A stretch of 64,000 nucleotides of DNA from Eledone cirrhosa (lineage: Eukaryota): the NCBI GenBank assembly GCA_964016885.1, contig OZ024750.1, positions 16,554,001 through 16,618,000 on the forward strand, read 5' to 3'. The notes beneath the pieces are model-generated. The model was not told where the DNA came from and searched no databases. It was given only the letters and a program-made list of their open reading frames with translations. Position 1 is the first letter of the stretch; each line of letters begins with the position of its first letter. A program made the translations under genes and the position numbers. Below are positions 1-14,090 of this stretch, piece after piece.

Positions 1-647
1 CTTATTACACATGTATATATATATATATGCATGTATATATATACATATGTATATATATTATACTCCTTATTACATATGTATATATATATATGTATGCATG
101 TATATATATACATATGTATATATATTATACTCCTTATTACATATGTATATATATATATGTATGCATGTATATATGTATGCATGTATATATATATATGTAT
201 GCATGTATATATATGTATGCATGTATATATACATATATATGTATATATATATATGTGTGTATATATATATGTGTGTATATATATATGTGTGTATATATAT
301 ATATGTATATATATATATGTGTGTATATATATATGTGTGTGTATATATATATGCCTCCTCTTTCTCTATTTATCATTCTTTACCTTACCCCCTTCAATGT
401 ACCCATTCCTCACCCCCTCCCTCCCTCCATCTCTCTATCTCTCTAACTCTTTCTATCTACCCCCCCCCCCCTCCATCTATCTATCTATCTATCTATCTCT
501 CTATCTCAAGTGCTAGTCCCCTCTGTGCAGGCGACCCTATATATGGAATACATACCTTACCAGAAATGTGAGAGGCAGACTAGAAAATCCCCTAAATAAA
601 TATGTGATAGATACTGAATGTGTTTGTGGCAGAGACGTATGATAATA

Positions 648-1258
648 GTGGTGGTGGTGGTGGTGGTGGTGTTGTGGTGGTGGTGGTGGTGGTGGTGGTG
701 GTGGTGGTGGTGTTGTTGTGGTGGTGGTGATGGTGTTGTTGTTGTGGTGGTGGTGGTGGTGGTGGTGTTGTGGTGGTGGTGGTGGTGGTGTTGTGGTGGT
801 GGTGATGGTGTTGTTGTTGTGGTGGTGGTGGTGGTGGTGGTGTTGTTGTGGTGGTGGTAGTGGTAGTGGTGGTGTGGTGGTGATGGTGTTGTTGTTGTGG
901 TGGTAGTGGTGGTAGTGGTAGTGGTGGTGTGGTGGTGGTAGTAGTGGTGGTGTAGTGGTAGTAGTAGTAGTGGTGGTGATGGTGTTGTTGTGGTGGTGTG
1001 GTGGTGGTAGTAGTGGTGGTGTAGTGGTAGTAGTAGTAGTGGTGGTGATGGTGTTGTTGTGGTGGTGGTGGTGGTGGTGTGGTGTTAGTAGTGGTGGTGT
1101 GGAGGTGGTGGCGGTGGTGATGATGGTGGTGGTGGTGGTGTGATGGTGTTGGTGGTAGGGATGTTGATGGTGGCGGTGGTAGTGGTGGTGGTGATGGTGG
1201 TAGTGGTGGTGGTGGTGGTAGTGGTGGTGGAGGTGATGCTGTCGTGGTGGTTGTGTGG
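648..1258. repeat. (GGT)n/(GTT)n/(GTA)n low-complexity tract
   Basis: Direct inspection; similar tracts at 41920-42860 and 58510-59490 ((CAC)n). Confidence 0.95.
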
Positions 1259-1443
1259 TATTGAGACATGGAGGGAGTAAAGAGAGAGGTGGAAGAAGAA
1301 AAAGAGACGAGAGAAAGATTAGTTAAAAGTGATAAGAGACCATGAGGGGGGAACTTCAGTTTATAGTAGAAAGAGAACTTGAGAACTGGAGGTAATGGTG
1401 GAGTTTAGAGACCCTCTTACATGACATCGTCGGAATAGGTAGT

Positions 1444-3195
1444 GGTGGTGGTGGAGTTTAGAGTACCTTGTACAGGACCTCGTTGGATTGGGTGGTGGTG
1501 GAGTTTAGAGTGCCTTGTACAGGACCTCGTTGGATTGGGTGGTGGTGGAGTTTAGAGTGCCTTGTACATGACATCGTTGGATTGGGTGTTGGTGGAGTTT
1601 AGAGTGCCTTGTACATGACATCGTTGGATTGGGTGGTGGTGGAGTTTAGAGTACCTTGTACAGGACCTCGTTGGATTGGGTGGTGGTGGAGTTTAGAGTA
1701 CCTTGTACAGGACCTCGTTGGATTGGGTGGTGGTGGAGTTTAGAGTGCCTTGTACAGGACATCGTTGGATTGGGTGTTGGTGGAGTTTAGAGTGCCTTGT
1801 ACATGACATCGTTGGATTGGGTGTTGGTGGAGTTTAGAGTGCCTTGTACATGACATCGTTAGATTGGGTGGTGGTGGAGTTTAGAGTACCTCGTACAGGA
1901 CATCGTTGGATTGGGTGGTGGTGGAGTTTAAAGTACCTCGTACATGACATCGTTGGATTGGGTGGTGGTGGAGTTTAGAGTACCTCGTACATGACATCGT
2001 TAGATTGGGTGGTGGTGGAGTTTAGAGTACCTCGTACATGACATCGTTGGATTGGGTAGTGGTGGAGTTTAGAGTACCTCGTACATGACATCGTTGGATT
2101 GGGTGGTGGTGGAGTTTAGAGTGTCTCGTACAGGACATCGTTGGATTGGGTAGTGGTGGAGTTTAAAGTACCTCGTACATGACATCGTTGGATTGGGTGG
2201 TGGTGGAGTTTAGAGTGCCTTGTACAGGACATCGTTGGATTGGGTGGTGGTGGAGTTTAGAGTGCCTCGTACAGGACATCGTTGGATTGGGTGGTGGTGG
2301 CGTTTAGAGTACCTTGTACAGGACATCGTTGGATTGGGTGGTGGTGGAGTTTAGAGTGCCTTGTACAGGACATCGTTAGATTGGGTGTTGGTGGAGTTTA
2401 GAGTACCTCGTACATGACATCGTTAGATTGGGTGGTGGTGGAGTTTAGAGTACCTCGTACATGACATCGTTAGATTGGGTGGTGGTGGAGTTTAAAGTAC
2501 CTCGTACATGACATCGTTGGATTGGGTGGTGGTGGAGTTTAGAGTACCTCGTACATGACATCGTTAGATTGGGTGGTGGTGGAGTTTAAAGTACCTCGTA
2601 CATGACATCGTTAGATTGGGTGGTGGTGGAGTTTAGAGTACCTCGTACATGACATCGTTTGATTGGGTGGTGGTGGAGTTTAGAGTACCTCGTACATGAC
2701 ATCGTTAGATTGGGTGGTGGTGGAGTTTAAAGTACCTCGTACATGACATCGTTGGATTGGGTGTTGGTGGAGTTTAGAGTACCTCGTACATGACATCGTT
2801 GGATTGGGTGGTGGTGGAGTTTAGAGTGCCTTGTACATGACATCGTTGGATTGGGTGGTGGTGGAGTTTAGAGTGCCTCGTACAGGACATCGTTGGATTG
2901 GGTAGTGGTGGAGTTTAAAGTACCTCGTACATGACATCGTTGGATTGGGTGGTGGTGGAGTTTAAAGTACCTCGTACATGACATCGTTGGATTGGGTGGT
3001 GGTGGAGTTTAAAGTACCTCGTACAGGACATCGTTGGATTGGGTAGTGGTGGAGTTTAAAGTACCTCGTACATGACATCGTTGGATTGGGTGGTGGTGGA
3101 GTTTAGAGTACCTCGTACAGGACATCGTTGGATTGGGTAGTGGTGGAGTTTAAAGTACCTCGTACAGGACATCGTTGGATTGGGTGGTGGTGGTG
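1444..3195. repeat. 47-bp minisatellite, about 37 copies
   Basis: Unit GGTGGTGGTGGAGTTTAGAGTACCTCGTACATGACATCGTTGGATTG with recurrent variant positions; degenerate units on both flanks. Confidence 0.97.
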
Positions 3196-3604
3196 GCACG
3201 GGGGGGGGGGTAATGGTGGAATTTAGAGTTCCTCATAATTGACGTTATCAGAGTGGGTTGCCTGTGGCAGTGTTGATGGTCCTCCTGTTGTTATTGTTGG
3301 TACTAATGGTGGTGACTGTGTTGGTAATGATGGTGGTGGGCTTGATGGTGATGCTGGTGGTGGATTACCAAATTGTAGCAGGGATTTGGTTGTGTGGTGG
3401 AATTGAGATGCTGCAGTGGTACTGATATCTGTGTGTATGTGTGTGTGTGGGGGGGGGGGGCAGGTTATATACAAGGTTAGGTGCTTCTCTGCCTCAAATG
3501 AGGTCACCTCGTACACATTGTAAGGTAACTGGGATTTTGTATGAATGCATGTTTTACACATAAACATACAATAAGACACACACAAATATATATGTGTGCG
3601 TGTA

Positions 3605-3653
<49 letters not shown>

Positions 3654-6569
3654 CACACATCCATATACACATACATACATAGTTGCATACATATACAATG
3701 TAAGTATTTGTATGTATTTATATATAATTAAATGTAAATGGATCTATGTCAGTTTCGTTGATCAATATTCCAATCCGATCTATTTGAATTACAGCTACAG
3801 TCTATTCCTTGGGTTTCCACATAGTTTCTGTCTACTAATTTATACTAAAAGCCCGTGGCTATAGTAAAGATATTTACTTATGATGTCATGCATATTGATA
3901 TGTATATGTACCCATATATAGTGCAAATATATACAAATATACATGAATGCTTACATACATAACGACTGCATCTCAGTTTTGAAAATTGCCATCCCTTGAC
4001 CCTTTTCTCATATATGGGTGGCATGAACATGATTTTTGACCCCTGCCAAGGACATAGATTCCATTCTGCATATGCTGCAGTGAAAGTAAAATAGAAAAGA
4101 ACATTCAGCCCCTGGGAAAGTCATTTACACCAAGAGATATCTGTGCTTGGAGTTTTTTTATGTGAAGAAAGGCCTTGTTTTTGACCAATTCCACTCTTTG
4201 AACAACAGTGAGAGTTATCCAAAAAGAAGAACAGATCAACATCATTGGCTGCCATCGAATCACAGGTTTTACATCAGAGTTTTCCTCCTTCTAGAATGAT
4301 GTCCTAACAAGAACTAGGATCTTTCTCTCCTGGTGGGCTAACTGAACACTTGGGCACCAAACCAAGTATTTCCACATCCCCGCACATACATACATATATA
4401 TACACACATGCATACACACCACACATGCACATACACTCAACTACTCTGAAAGAGTTCTGCTTTGATGAAGGGAAATGGGAAGAATCAGCAAATACTATGG
4501 TCATAACACCATACAACCACCATGTTGGATATTTCCACAAAACTGTTACATGGCAGAGATGGTTAGTTACTTATTTATTGATCGCAAGAAATTATTATAT
4601 ATTTAATTTAATTATGTAAATCTTTATAAAACTCTCATCCTTTAAGGCTCAGTAATGCACCTCTCTGAGATCAGCATATAAAGCAGCTGCCTAGTTGTCC
4701 TTAATGATAGCACCAGCCCTAAATATGTACATATAGTCCCTCTGTCTTTTTCTGTGCAGCCGTGTGTCGCCATGTAAATAAAACCCTCCCAACGGAATTA
4801 ATTCCCTCACCTTCCTATAATATATCAGCTTATATTTCTCTGTTGTTTGTCATTTCTCTTATATAGAGAGTCTGTTACATACCATGACATTGATATTACA
4901 TATTATACAATTAATATTGTGGTGATATACTACACACATACACATATAGCTATACAAACACGTACACTAACATAGTGCTTACATACCACACACATATATA
5001 CACATTCACAGAGACACACTGACAGGGTTTAAATAACACGCATGTGCACACTCACACGCACACTAACATGATGTTTACCACATGCTCACACATACACATA
5101 CATACTAACATAGCGTGCACATACAACACATATACACACAAACACATCCACACATACAACACATATACACACAAACACATCCACACATATACACATATAC
5201 ACACAAACACATCCACACATATACACATAAGCAATGGTGTTTGGTGTCAGACAGATGGCATGTCAATTTAAAAACACCCACCATGATGCAATTTTAATAT
5301 TTGCTGATGTGACAGAATTGTGAGAGCGTTGGATGGACCGTCTGGTGGTAGTTGCCAATGTCTCTGTGATATGTGACAGAAGCAGCTGGGCATTTGACAA
5401 AACACTTTGTAGTATTTAGTGTAATTAAACCTAAGTTGTTTGATATAAAGTGGTTTAGGGTTAGTGTTAGGGTTAGGGTTAGGGTCACAGATGGTCACTA
5501 CCATCCCTGCCTATTGCACTGCCATTTCAAGTAATCGCAACAGTGGTGGTGGCAGAAACAACAACAATGTCTACAATAACAAAGCAACATCATCAATAAG
5601 AAAATCAATGATAGCAACAATAAACTATGTCTGACAGAGAAGAGGGCATTTTTAGCTTGGGTTGGCATCCTTCCATGAGATGGTGTTGTGGAAATCTAGC
5701 AGTTAGACTGCCTTGAGTAAAAAAAATTTACGAGAATAATAATAATATATACAGCATATAAAAGATAGCACTACTAGGTACTGCACATATATTACGAAAA
5801 GTACTATCAATACAATAGAAACAACATCAGCAACAATTACACTGCACATACCCAAGGCACACAGAGCTGTGCTCGGTAAAGCAGTAATGATGCACAATAA
5901 AAATAATAATAGAAATAATAATAATAATTGTTTCTACTTTTGGCACAAGTCCAGCAATTATCCAGTGTATTACTGGTACTTTATTTTATTGACCCCGTAA
6001 GGATGAAAGGCAAAGGTAACCTCGGCGGGATTTGAACTCAGTCAGCAAAGGGACGTAACTCTATGCTAGAAAGCATGGCATCTGACTCTCTACTGATACG
6101 GCCAAACCACCGCCTATTCATAATAATAATTGTTTCTACTTTTGGCACAAGGCCAGCAATTACCCAGTGCATTACTGGTAGTAATAATAATAATAATTGT
6201 TTCTACCTTTGGCACAAGTCCAGCAATTATCCAGTGTATTACTGGTACTTTATTTTATCGACCCCCGTAAGGATGAAAGGCAAAGTTAACCTCGGCGGGA
6301 TTTGAACTCAGAATGGCAAGGGCCGTAACTCTATGCATCAAAGCATGGCGTCCGACCCTCTACCGATTAATAATAATAATAATGCTTTCTTTATTAACCA
6401 CAAATAATAATAATAATAATTGTTTCTATTTTAGGCACAAGGCCAGCAATTACCCATTAATAATAACGGCAACAAAAACAACAATATAATTATAGGCCAG
6501 GAGATAAGGTTTGATTTCCGGCGTTTAAACACAGAAAACTCAATAAATTTAAGAGCAAAGAGTTACATT

Positions 6570-6745
6570 TACTGACCTTAATAAAGAAACAAGGAAAATC
6601 TTTAAAAAACCTAGTTTAGCACACTGAATACAAAAAATGTCATGTGGACAGAAGATAGATGCACACCGCCCTAAATCTGACGTAGATATGATGTATTTCA
6701 CATGAACATGACTAGAGAGAGAAAGATCTTAGACAAAGAGATAAT
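6570..6745 (+). mobile_element. Decayed R4/Dong-like LINE fragment
   Basis: DLNKETRKIF ... AHRPKSDVDMMY resembles the LDRKTRK...HPKSDVDRLY motif. Confidence 0.5.
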
Positions 6746-7219
6746 TATTATCAAAATATAACTTGAACTAGGAAACTATTTAGAAATAATGGTACATTTT
6801 ACCAATTAAACAAAAACCTATTTAAAAAAAAAAAAAAATACTCTTTCATCCCTCACCCCTACCTCTTCACTTTCTTGCCCTTTTCTCCTCTTTCTCCCTT
6901 TTCTCCCTCCCCCCTTATCCCCTTCCTCCCTTTTCTCCTCTTCCACCCTTTTCTCCCCTTTCACCCTTTTCTCCTCCTGCCTCTCATTCCTCCCCCTATT
7001 TCCCTTCCTTTCCCTCCTCTGCTTTCTCCTGTTCCGTTCCTTCCTTCCTACTACCCCACACCCTCTTCTTCCCATTACTCTGAGTACCAGCAATACTAGA
7101 GTACTCTAATGGGAGGAAGGGGAGGAATGAATGGGATGGAGATGCAGTAGGAGAAAAAGGAGGAAAGGAAGTGAAGAGGAGGTAGGGAAAGAGCGACAGT
7201 ATAATCTTTGTTATTTTCC

Positions 7220-7880
7220 AGTAATTCGATGTAATCTTCGACAATTCCCAGTAATCTTCAACCATTTACGATAACCTTCGGCAATTTGTCAAGATTTGGA
7301 AGTCTTTGGCATAGGCTGTGGATTGGCAGTATCGGTAGAGGGTTGGGCACCATGCTTTGCAGCATAGAGTTACGGCTCCTTATGGTCTGAGTTCAAATCC
7401 CGCTGAGGTTAACTTTGCCTTTCCTCCTTAAGGGGTCGATAAAATAAAGCATGAATAATGCATAACGAATAATTGCTGGCCTGGTGCCCAAAGTAGAAAC
7501 AATTAACTGGAAGTCTTTGGTAATATCCAGTAGTCTTCGGTAATTTCTGGTAATTTTTATTATTATTTCCGGCATTATTCCATCATCTTCGGCAGTTTCC
7601 GGCAATCTTCAGTGATATTCGGTAATTTCCGGTATCCTTCTGCAATTTCTGGTAATCTTTGGCAACCTACAGTGATCTTCGGCAATTTTCACAGTCTTGG
7701 GTAATTTTCGGAAATTCCCGGCACTCTTCGGTAACATTCGGCTATTTCCGACAATCTTCGGTAATTTCCGGTAATCATCAGTAATCTCCAGTAATCGGCA
7801 ATTTCTGCTAATCTTCGGCTATTTGCAGCAATCTCCGGTGGACTTCGGTAATTTCTGGTAATCGGATATTTCCGGAAGAC
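7220..7880. repeat. Degenerate ~10-bp satellite (GGTAATCTTC-like) interrupted by a SINE
   Basis: Recurrent CGGTAATTTC/GGCAATCTTC units on both sides of the SINE at 7315-7505. Confidence 0.75.
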
Positions 7881-7974
7881 CACAAAGCATATCGTGACCC
7901 AGTCACTGGGCCACCAATACTGCAGTCAGTGGAGGCAACATTGCTAGTAAATACAGACTCTCCTAATTCATGAA

Positions 7975-8145
7975 TCTATGGCTATGAATCTTGGGTAATG
8001 GCCGAAAGAATACGATCACGAATACACGTGGCTGAAATGTTGTTAATTTGAAGTGTCTTTGGAATAAACGTTACGCAATGGAGTTCGGAGATCAGAGTCA
8101 CTCCAGATAGGACCCTTATTTCTCCGAATTGAGAAGACAAATATA
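7975..8145 (+). mobile_element. Rex3/Expander-type RTE LINE fragment
   Basis: YGYESWVMAERIRSRIHVAEM...PLFLRIEK. Confidence 0.65.
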
Positions 8146-9853
8146 TAATTTCGGAATCATGTATGAGTTACTCCCCATGGTCATTAGATAAGAGTGGTCT
8201 CCCTTCACCGAAGTCTGAAACCTTTTTTTAAATATTTATTTTGACATAATAGGCAAGGCATCATTGCCTCCCGTTCTCTCATCTCTCTCTCATTATTAAA
8301 AAAAAAATGTTATGTTTGTATATAGAATGACTAAATAAAATATGACATGAAATATTGTGGTTTAACTTTGAACATACGAACGACATAGTCATGATTGCTG
8401 CGCCATCATTAAGTCCTGCGTTCGATTCCTCCGTGTGACATCTCGGTCAAGAGTCTTTACGATATCCCCAGGCCGACCCAAGCCTTGTGAGTTAAAGTGG
8501 GTAGATAAAAATTGCATGGTAGCCTGTCACATCAAGTGCAGCTGTCATTTAAAGATCAAGACGCTGATTCGGTTTAGGAATTACGTTCAGTATCTGTAGA
8601 GTACTCAACCACTTTAAATCATGAGTCAGACATTCAGTTGATTGAACAATTGAATGTTCATCGACTAAACAGACGGAGAATCTATCATTATTAGATGAAT
8701 ACAAACCATTGTTGAGTAGACAAAAACGAAATAATCTATGTCGGATCAATAATATAGGTGGGACAATGTTTTGTTTAACACCGCATCGTCTACTCGTACC
8801 ACACAACAACACAGAAATGCACATTTTCCAATCACTCGTTATTGTTTATTATTGCATTCATTATTAGTATTATCGCGTAAATATATTTAACTGATATTAA
8901 TACTGTAAAAGGTAAAAAATAGAAACAGCCGATTCGTTTAAAAAAAGATTTAAAAGAAGCTACAATAAAACGAATTAAAAATAAATGCAGCAAGCCCGTG
9001 ACCTAAAGGTAAGTAGGTTTACAGTTTAAAACACCTGTCTTTATGTTAATTACAATTATATCGTTACTATATTCTATCTATACTTGGTCTAAAGTAAATA
9101 CGGAACGTATACCTGTTAGTTAATATATTTACAGCCTTTTTCTGCGGCGCCTTGTTAATTAATATTCAGTTTTAGAAACATTTATTTAATATTATTTGAA
9201 TATACGTTTAATTAACAGAGTAAATGGATAATAATAATAATAATAATTAGTTAAAAATAAATGAAAACAGAAGGCATGCACACTGCCACCATTACTACAG
9301 CAGGGAGTGATGTTTTACTCTATAATTTGTCTTGGTAACCCCAAATACTAACGGCATAATCTAATTATTTTGTTGTTTATATATCTTAAGTATGGTCAAT
9401 TGGTACCCGGTAAGGGTAATTAGACTCGTACCAAGGTAGAGATGATCCTCTGCTGAGTATCGAACAACACTTGGTATCGAAGCCTCCCAGATGGGCATCG
9501 ATACGAGAAGCGATAGTTAAACTTGATCGGGTGGTTGGTCCACTTCTTCTCGAGTCTTGACTTAAAAATGGTGACTGAGGTTGCGTCAACTGTTTAGCCT
9601 AACCTAGGGTTAGCCCTGATTTAACCAACCTATGATCAAAGCTGTTCCTGCAAGGACCATCTAGTTTCTGATTATCTCAAACTACATTGCACTATGTGTC
9701 TTAGAGTGTATTTTCTGAGGGGCGGAGAGGGAGAATTTGACTGTTATTTCTAGCAAGTTGAATGACTGTTTAAAAGGTCTTTTGTTGGCCTCAAATAGAA
9801 CCAGCCGCCAAGTCGATTTATAACTCAGAATTATAAATATTGCAATGTATCCA

Positions 9854-9983
9854 CACTGCCGGATTTATGACAAATTAGGCCCCTTACATTTGAAAAATTC
9901 ATCGTAAAAAATTTTTTGGGAAGGAAGATGCCCCTCCTGGCAAACTATCCCTGTGCTTAAGCACACCGGTAAATCCGGCACTG
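9854..9983. mobile_element. 130-bp MITE with 14-bp TIRs and a duplicated TATCCA flank
   Basis: TATCCA|CACTGCCGGATTTA ... TAAATCCGGCACTG|TATCCA. Confidence 0.65.
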
Positions 9984-10451
9984 TATCCACACCATTCCGG
10001 ACTATCGTCACAACACTGCGGTCTAAAAACAAACAAACAACTATGTTATTAGACCTGCCATGCCGGCTTCACATGGTCTTCCATTCTACGAATTTTGTTC
10101 TTTCATTTTATACGAGGTAAATATATCAAGTACGTATGTGTGTGTGTGTGTACGTATATATATATATATATGTAAATATACTCTTGTTATACATAAATGT
10201 ATAAGTGAAATACATGTACAATAGCAGTAATGAAATCGATTTAAATAAGCATAAATCCTCAGATATTAATACAAACGGCTTATGGGACGTATGTATCTAT
10301 ATACACAGGATTCACTTAAGTGTATATAATATACAAGTACAGCATATCTATGTACTGAGTAAATTATTTGAATGAAGTTAATTCTAAATCTTTGTTAAAT
10401 CGGCATAATGAGTTTGTTTATGACAAGCCTACGGAGGAATTTGGATAACCG

Positions 10452-10483
<32 letters not shown>

Positions 10484-10523
10484 TTTATAGACAGTTGTAT
10501 GGTCGATTAAATAGGTTTTAGAG

Positions 10524-10554
<31 letters not shown>

Positions 10555-10729
10555 ACAAACAGGGTGTGGTAAGATACCAGGTGGATCATAACCACCAGAG
10601 TACTCGATACTTGGGGTAGTAGAGTGGGTGGGTAATATGAAAAGATTCAATATGAAAAGATTCAGCTCCGACTGTTGCGACAGCTAGATGTCTAAACGTC
10701 CGGAGCTCAGCCGTCGGGGTCCCGAATCT

Positions 10730-10736
<7 letters not shown>
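10555..10736. mobile_element. Short TA-embedded repeat family with an internal inversion
   Basis: Copies at 45395-45535, 47218-47375, 57855-57995 and 60575-60663 share GTGGTAAG...CCAGGTGGACCATAAC...AGTACTCAATACTT...GTAGTAGAGTGGG; all abut (TA)n. Confidence 0.7.
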
Positions 10737-10777
<41 letters not shown>

Positions 10778-11275
10778 AGAAGTTCTATTTAAATTGTTGG
10801 GATACAACAAGCAAATATTTTTATAACTGATATAAAGCACTCAACAAATTATTGGAGTAAAAATACGATATATTAACAAATGGAAACTATATTTATAAAA
10901 CCATATTTATTTCATTATACATATTTCAAGGACACCAAGTTAAATTATGGTGTTCAGATAAAATATAATATAGATCAGTTTTATAAATAAATATTGACAT
11001 ACCCTTAAAGAATGCGACCATTTCTGTTGGAAGCTCCCATATATATATGTAGAGTATTAAAAACCTTTTTTGTATAGCATACCGTGTCACTCTTCTTTCC
11101 TGATTTATCATTACACCAAGTGTAAACAACATAGAAATCACCGCGTACTCGCAGCATCACTATGGAAACGCCTTGTTGAGTCAAACTTAGCCAAGCGTTG
11201 ATACCATCCACTACTCGGAGTACCCTAACTGGACTACACCTAAGTGGACTACCTATAACAATAAACTGTTATCCC

Positions 11276-11324
<49 letters not shown>

Positions 11325-11594
11325 TGTATGTATGTATACGTACATACATATATGTATACAGACGTACAGTATTATGTATATATATACATACATGCACACA
11401 CATATATATATATATGCACGTATCGGTTTACCGAACATTTATTATAATGCTCGGTTTCATTCTATTCCATTTATCGTTTTCGGTGCGCCCGGCCGACTGA
11501 ACTCACTCGAGATGCAAATTAGGCTGCTCATCCGTTAATATGCATAAGGAAAGTATATACTTTCAGACGTTCAACCATCTGGCAGGAAGGTATT

Positions 11595-11635
11595 CGATGC
11601 TGACGATAGCTAATAACCTTGAAACTAGTACATCG
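11595..11635 (+). ncRNA. Minimal type I hammerhead ribozyme motif
   Basis: CGATG CTGACGA [TAGCTAATAACCTT] GAA ACTAGT A CATCG: helix I CGATG/CATCG, palindromic helix III ACTAGT, GUA cleavage triplet; helix II is poorly paired. Confidence 0.7.
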
Positions 11636-13319
11636 TTCCTGTGTCAGTGTTGAACAAAAAAGGTGACGTGGTTGCCTAAACACTGTACGGCGTAATTCGG
11701 GCTGTTTGTTTGTTTACAAACAAACCGAGCATTATAATAAATGTTCGGTAAACCGATACGTGCATATATATATGTGTGCATGTATGTATATATATACATA
11801 CTACTGTACGTCTGTATACATATATGTATGTACGTATACATACATACTTACATTTAAGTAAGTGCCGTACTAAGAGTGAGAAATGAAATTTCGTTTCATT
11901 CTATTACATTTATTCAACAAACAAACGTTGTGTATTAAATTATATAAATATATTTCACAAAACTAATCAATAAAATTGAGTCAGAAAGAAAACAAATCTC
12001 AAAAGGTCAACACGAAATGTGACTTGTTTTAGAAGGATGAAAAGCGCAGCTGATGTCAGCCATAATTAATCTTTTCATTGCTATATTTCTAATGAAAACC
12101 ACTGTCTATGATTTTCAGATCATTTTCAAAATAATTAAGAATTTGGATGGGTGTAGTAATATTTTTAATCTGGCTATAACTTAGCAAAAGGTTCTTACAT
12201 AAATTATGATGAAAGAATTTTAGATAAATATCTACACTTTAAAATAAACTCCTTTGTACCCTAGAAGTGGCTATTTCATGTGATTTGGGGCATTTTGTCT
12301 GCCTGCTTACTGATCATTCTAGTCAGCCATTGAAACACATGTTTGATTCTGACCAGTGCTCGTTAATCACATAATGCTTCAGTGACCTCAATAGGTGAGG
12401 ATGTTCTTGACTTTTAATGAAGGGCATCTTAATGGTGTGAAGTAAGACAGTTGTGTTTCACACTACAGATAATTTGATTTGAGTTACTAGCACTATAACT
12501 TAGCACTTAACCCTTTCATTACCACATTTTTAATGAAAGACACTGCCTATGATTTTCAAATCATTTTGAAAATAATGAAGAATCTGCAGAAATTTAGTAT
12601 AATAACTAACTTTCTCATTGGATCATAACTTAAACAAAGAATTAGCAAAGGTTCTTACTTAAAATTTTGATGGAAGATTTTAGATAAATATAAACAAGTA
12701 GTATAATATTACTTTACAGAGTTGACTGGGTATATATCTAGTTATATGTTCTTTCTGTTATGTAGGGCAGCTCAAACTAAAACCAAGTACACATCATCAT
12801 CCTATTTTAATGTCCTACTAGCAAGGGCTAGACAGGTCTACATAGACCAAGTCAATACTGAAGCAGGGGTTACTGACCTCCCAAACAAGCCAGGGATCTT
12901 TCATTTCGCTTATCTATGGTTTCATGTTTTATCAAACACACAGGGGAGATTGTCATGTCTTTGACACAACTGAGGGTCCCCTCAACCCTTAGTTTGGCAA
13001 GCTTTCTGTGGCTGGATACCCTTCCTATCACCAACGACTTTACTGCATATATTGGGTGTATTTATCGTGTAGATCACCAAACACTAGGGAGGCTGTCATG
13101 CCTTGACACAACTGAAGGGTCTTCCCAAGTCCTCCATGGCTGGATGCCCTTCCTATCACCAACCCTTCCACAAGGAGGTAGCAGCTAGGATCATGTGTGT
13201 GTGTGTGTGTTGGTGGTGGGGAAACAGAGTATGTGCAGTTAGAGGCATGTAATGGTGTTGAAGATAGCTGTTAGTGAGCGGTGGTGTGGATGGTGGAGGT
13301 CAGGCCACATTGTATGTTG

Positions 13320-14090
13320 CAGGTTGGGTCTTCTGCAGCTCTGCATAGTGCTAGTCCTCGCGGTCTCTAGTCATTTCTGTTGTGAGGTTTAGTTTTTTAA
13401 GGTCGGTCTTTACAACTTCATCTCATGTCTTACCAGGTCTGCCTCTGCCACAAGTCCCAGCAACTGGAGTTTCTCTACATTTCTTTATGTAACTGTTATC
13501 TTCCACATGCATGACATGTCCATACCAATACAGACTTCTCTCTTGCACACTACATCCAAATCCTTGAATACCAAGTTTTTCTCTCAGTTTGTTTATGCTA
13601 TGTCGGTCATGTACACTAACATTACACATCTATCAGAGCATACTTGACTGATTTCTTTCTAGCTTCCTCAGGTCTTCTGCAGTCATGACTCATGTTTCAC
13701 TGCCATGTAACATTGCAGTTTGTAGGCAGGTATCATATAGTCTACCCTTCATTCTGGGAGAAAAGCATTTTGTTCGTAGCTGTGGTAATAGATCTCTAAA
13801 CTTCTTCCAGTCTGTCCTTATTCTAGCTACCACACTTTGGTGCATCCTCTCCCACTGTTAATTTGATCACCTAGGTAGCGAAAGCTGTCAACAACTTCTA
13901 TGGATCCCTCTGGTAGCTGAGGGAATCTATTTCATGTGTGCTCTTTGTGCTCACTTCCCTGTGCATCTGCTGCATGTAAAGTCTATCTTTTCCATTGGCT
14001 TACCTGCAATCCCACTACATCTCTTGCGCATCCATAGTTTAGATTGAGTGCACCTTTCTACCCTCCTCTTTCTGACATATCAAACAAGGC
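13320..14090 (-). mobile_element. RTE-clade LINE remnant (C-terminal RT/thumb region)
   Basis: Minus-strand frames give EVVDSFRYLGDQI, AMLHGSET, LREKLGI...WYGHV and GRGRPGKT, with stops and frameshifts. Confidence 0.9.

Noticed and set aside
1444-3195. Regular array superficially like CRISPR
   Set aside because: Head-to-tail 47-bp units with no unique spacers, no cas genes and a eukaryotic context: a minisatellite.
3960-4380. Unique-looking segment with possible RT-like residues
   Set aside because: No sustained frame or clear motif; cannot be assigned without a database search.
5452-5484. TTAGGG repeats
   Set aside because: Only about 5 imperfect units within an interspersed repeat; no evidence of a telomere or fusion site.
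9503-9515. Minus-strand ATCGCTTCTCG matches the 5' end of U2 snRNA
   Set aside because: The match stops after 11 nt; no U2 stem-loops or Sm site follow.
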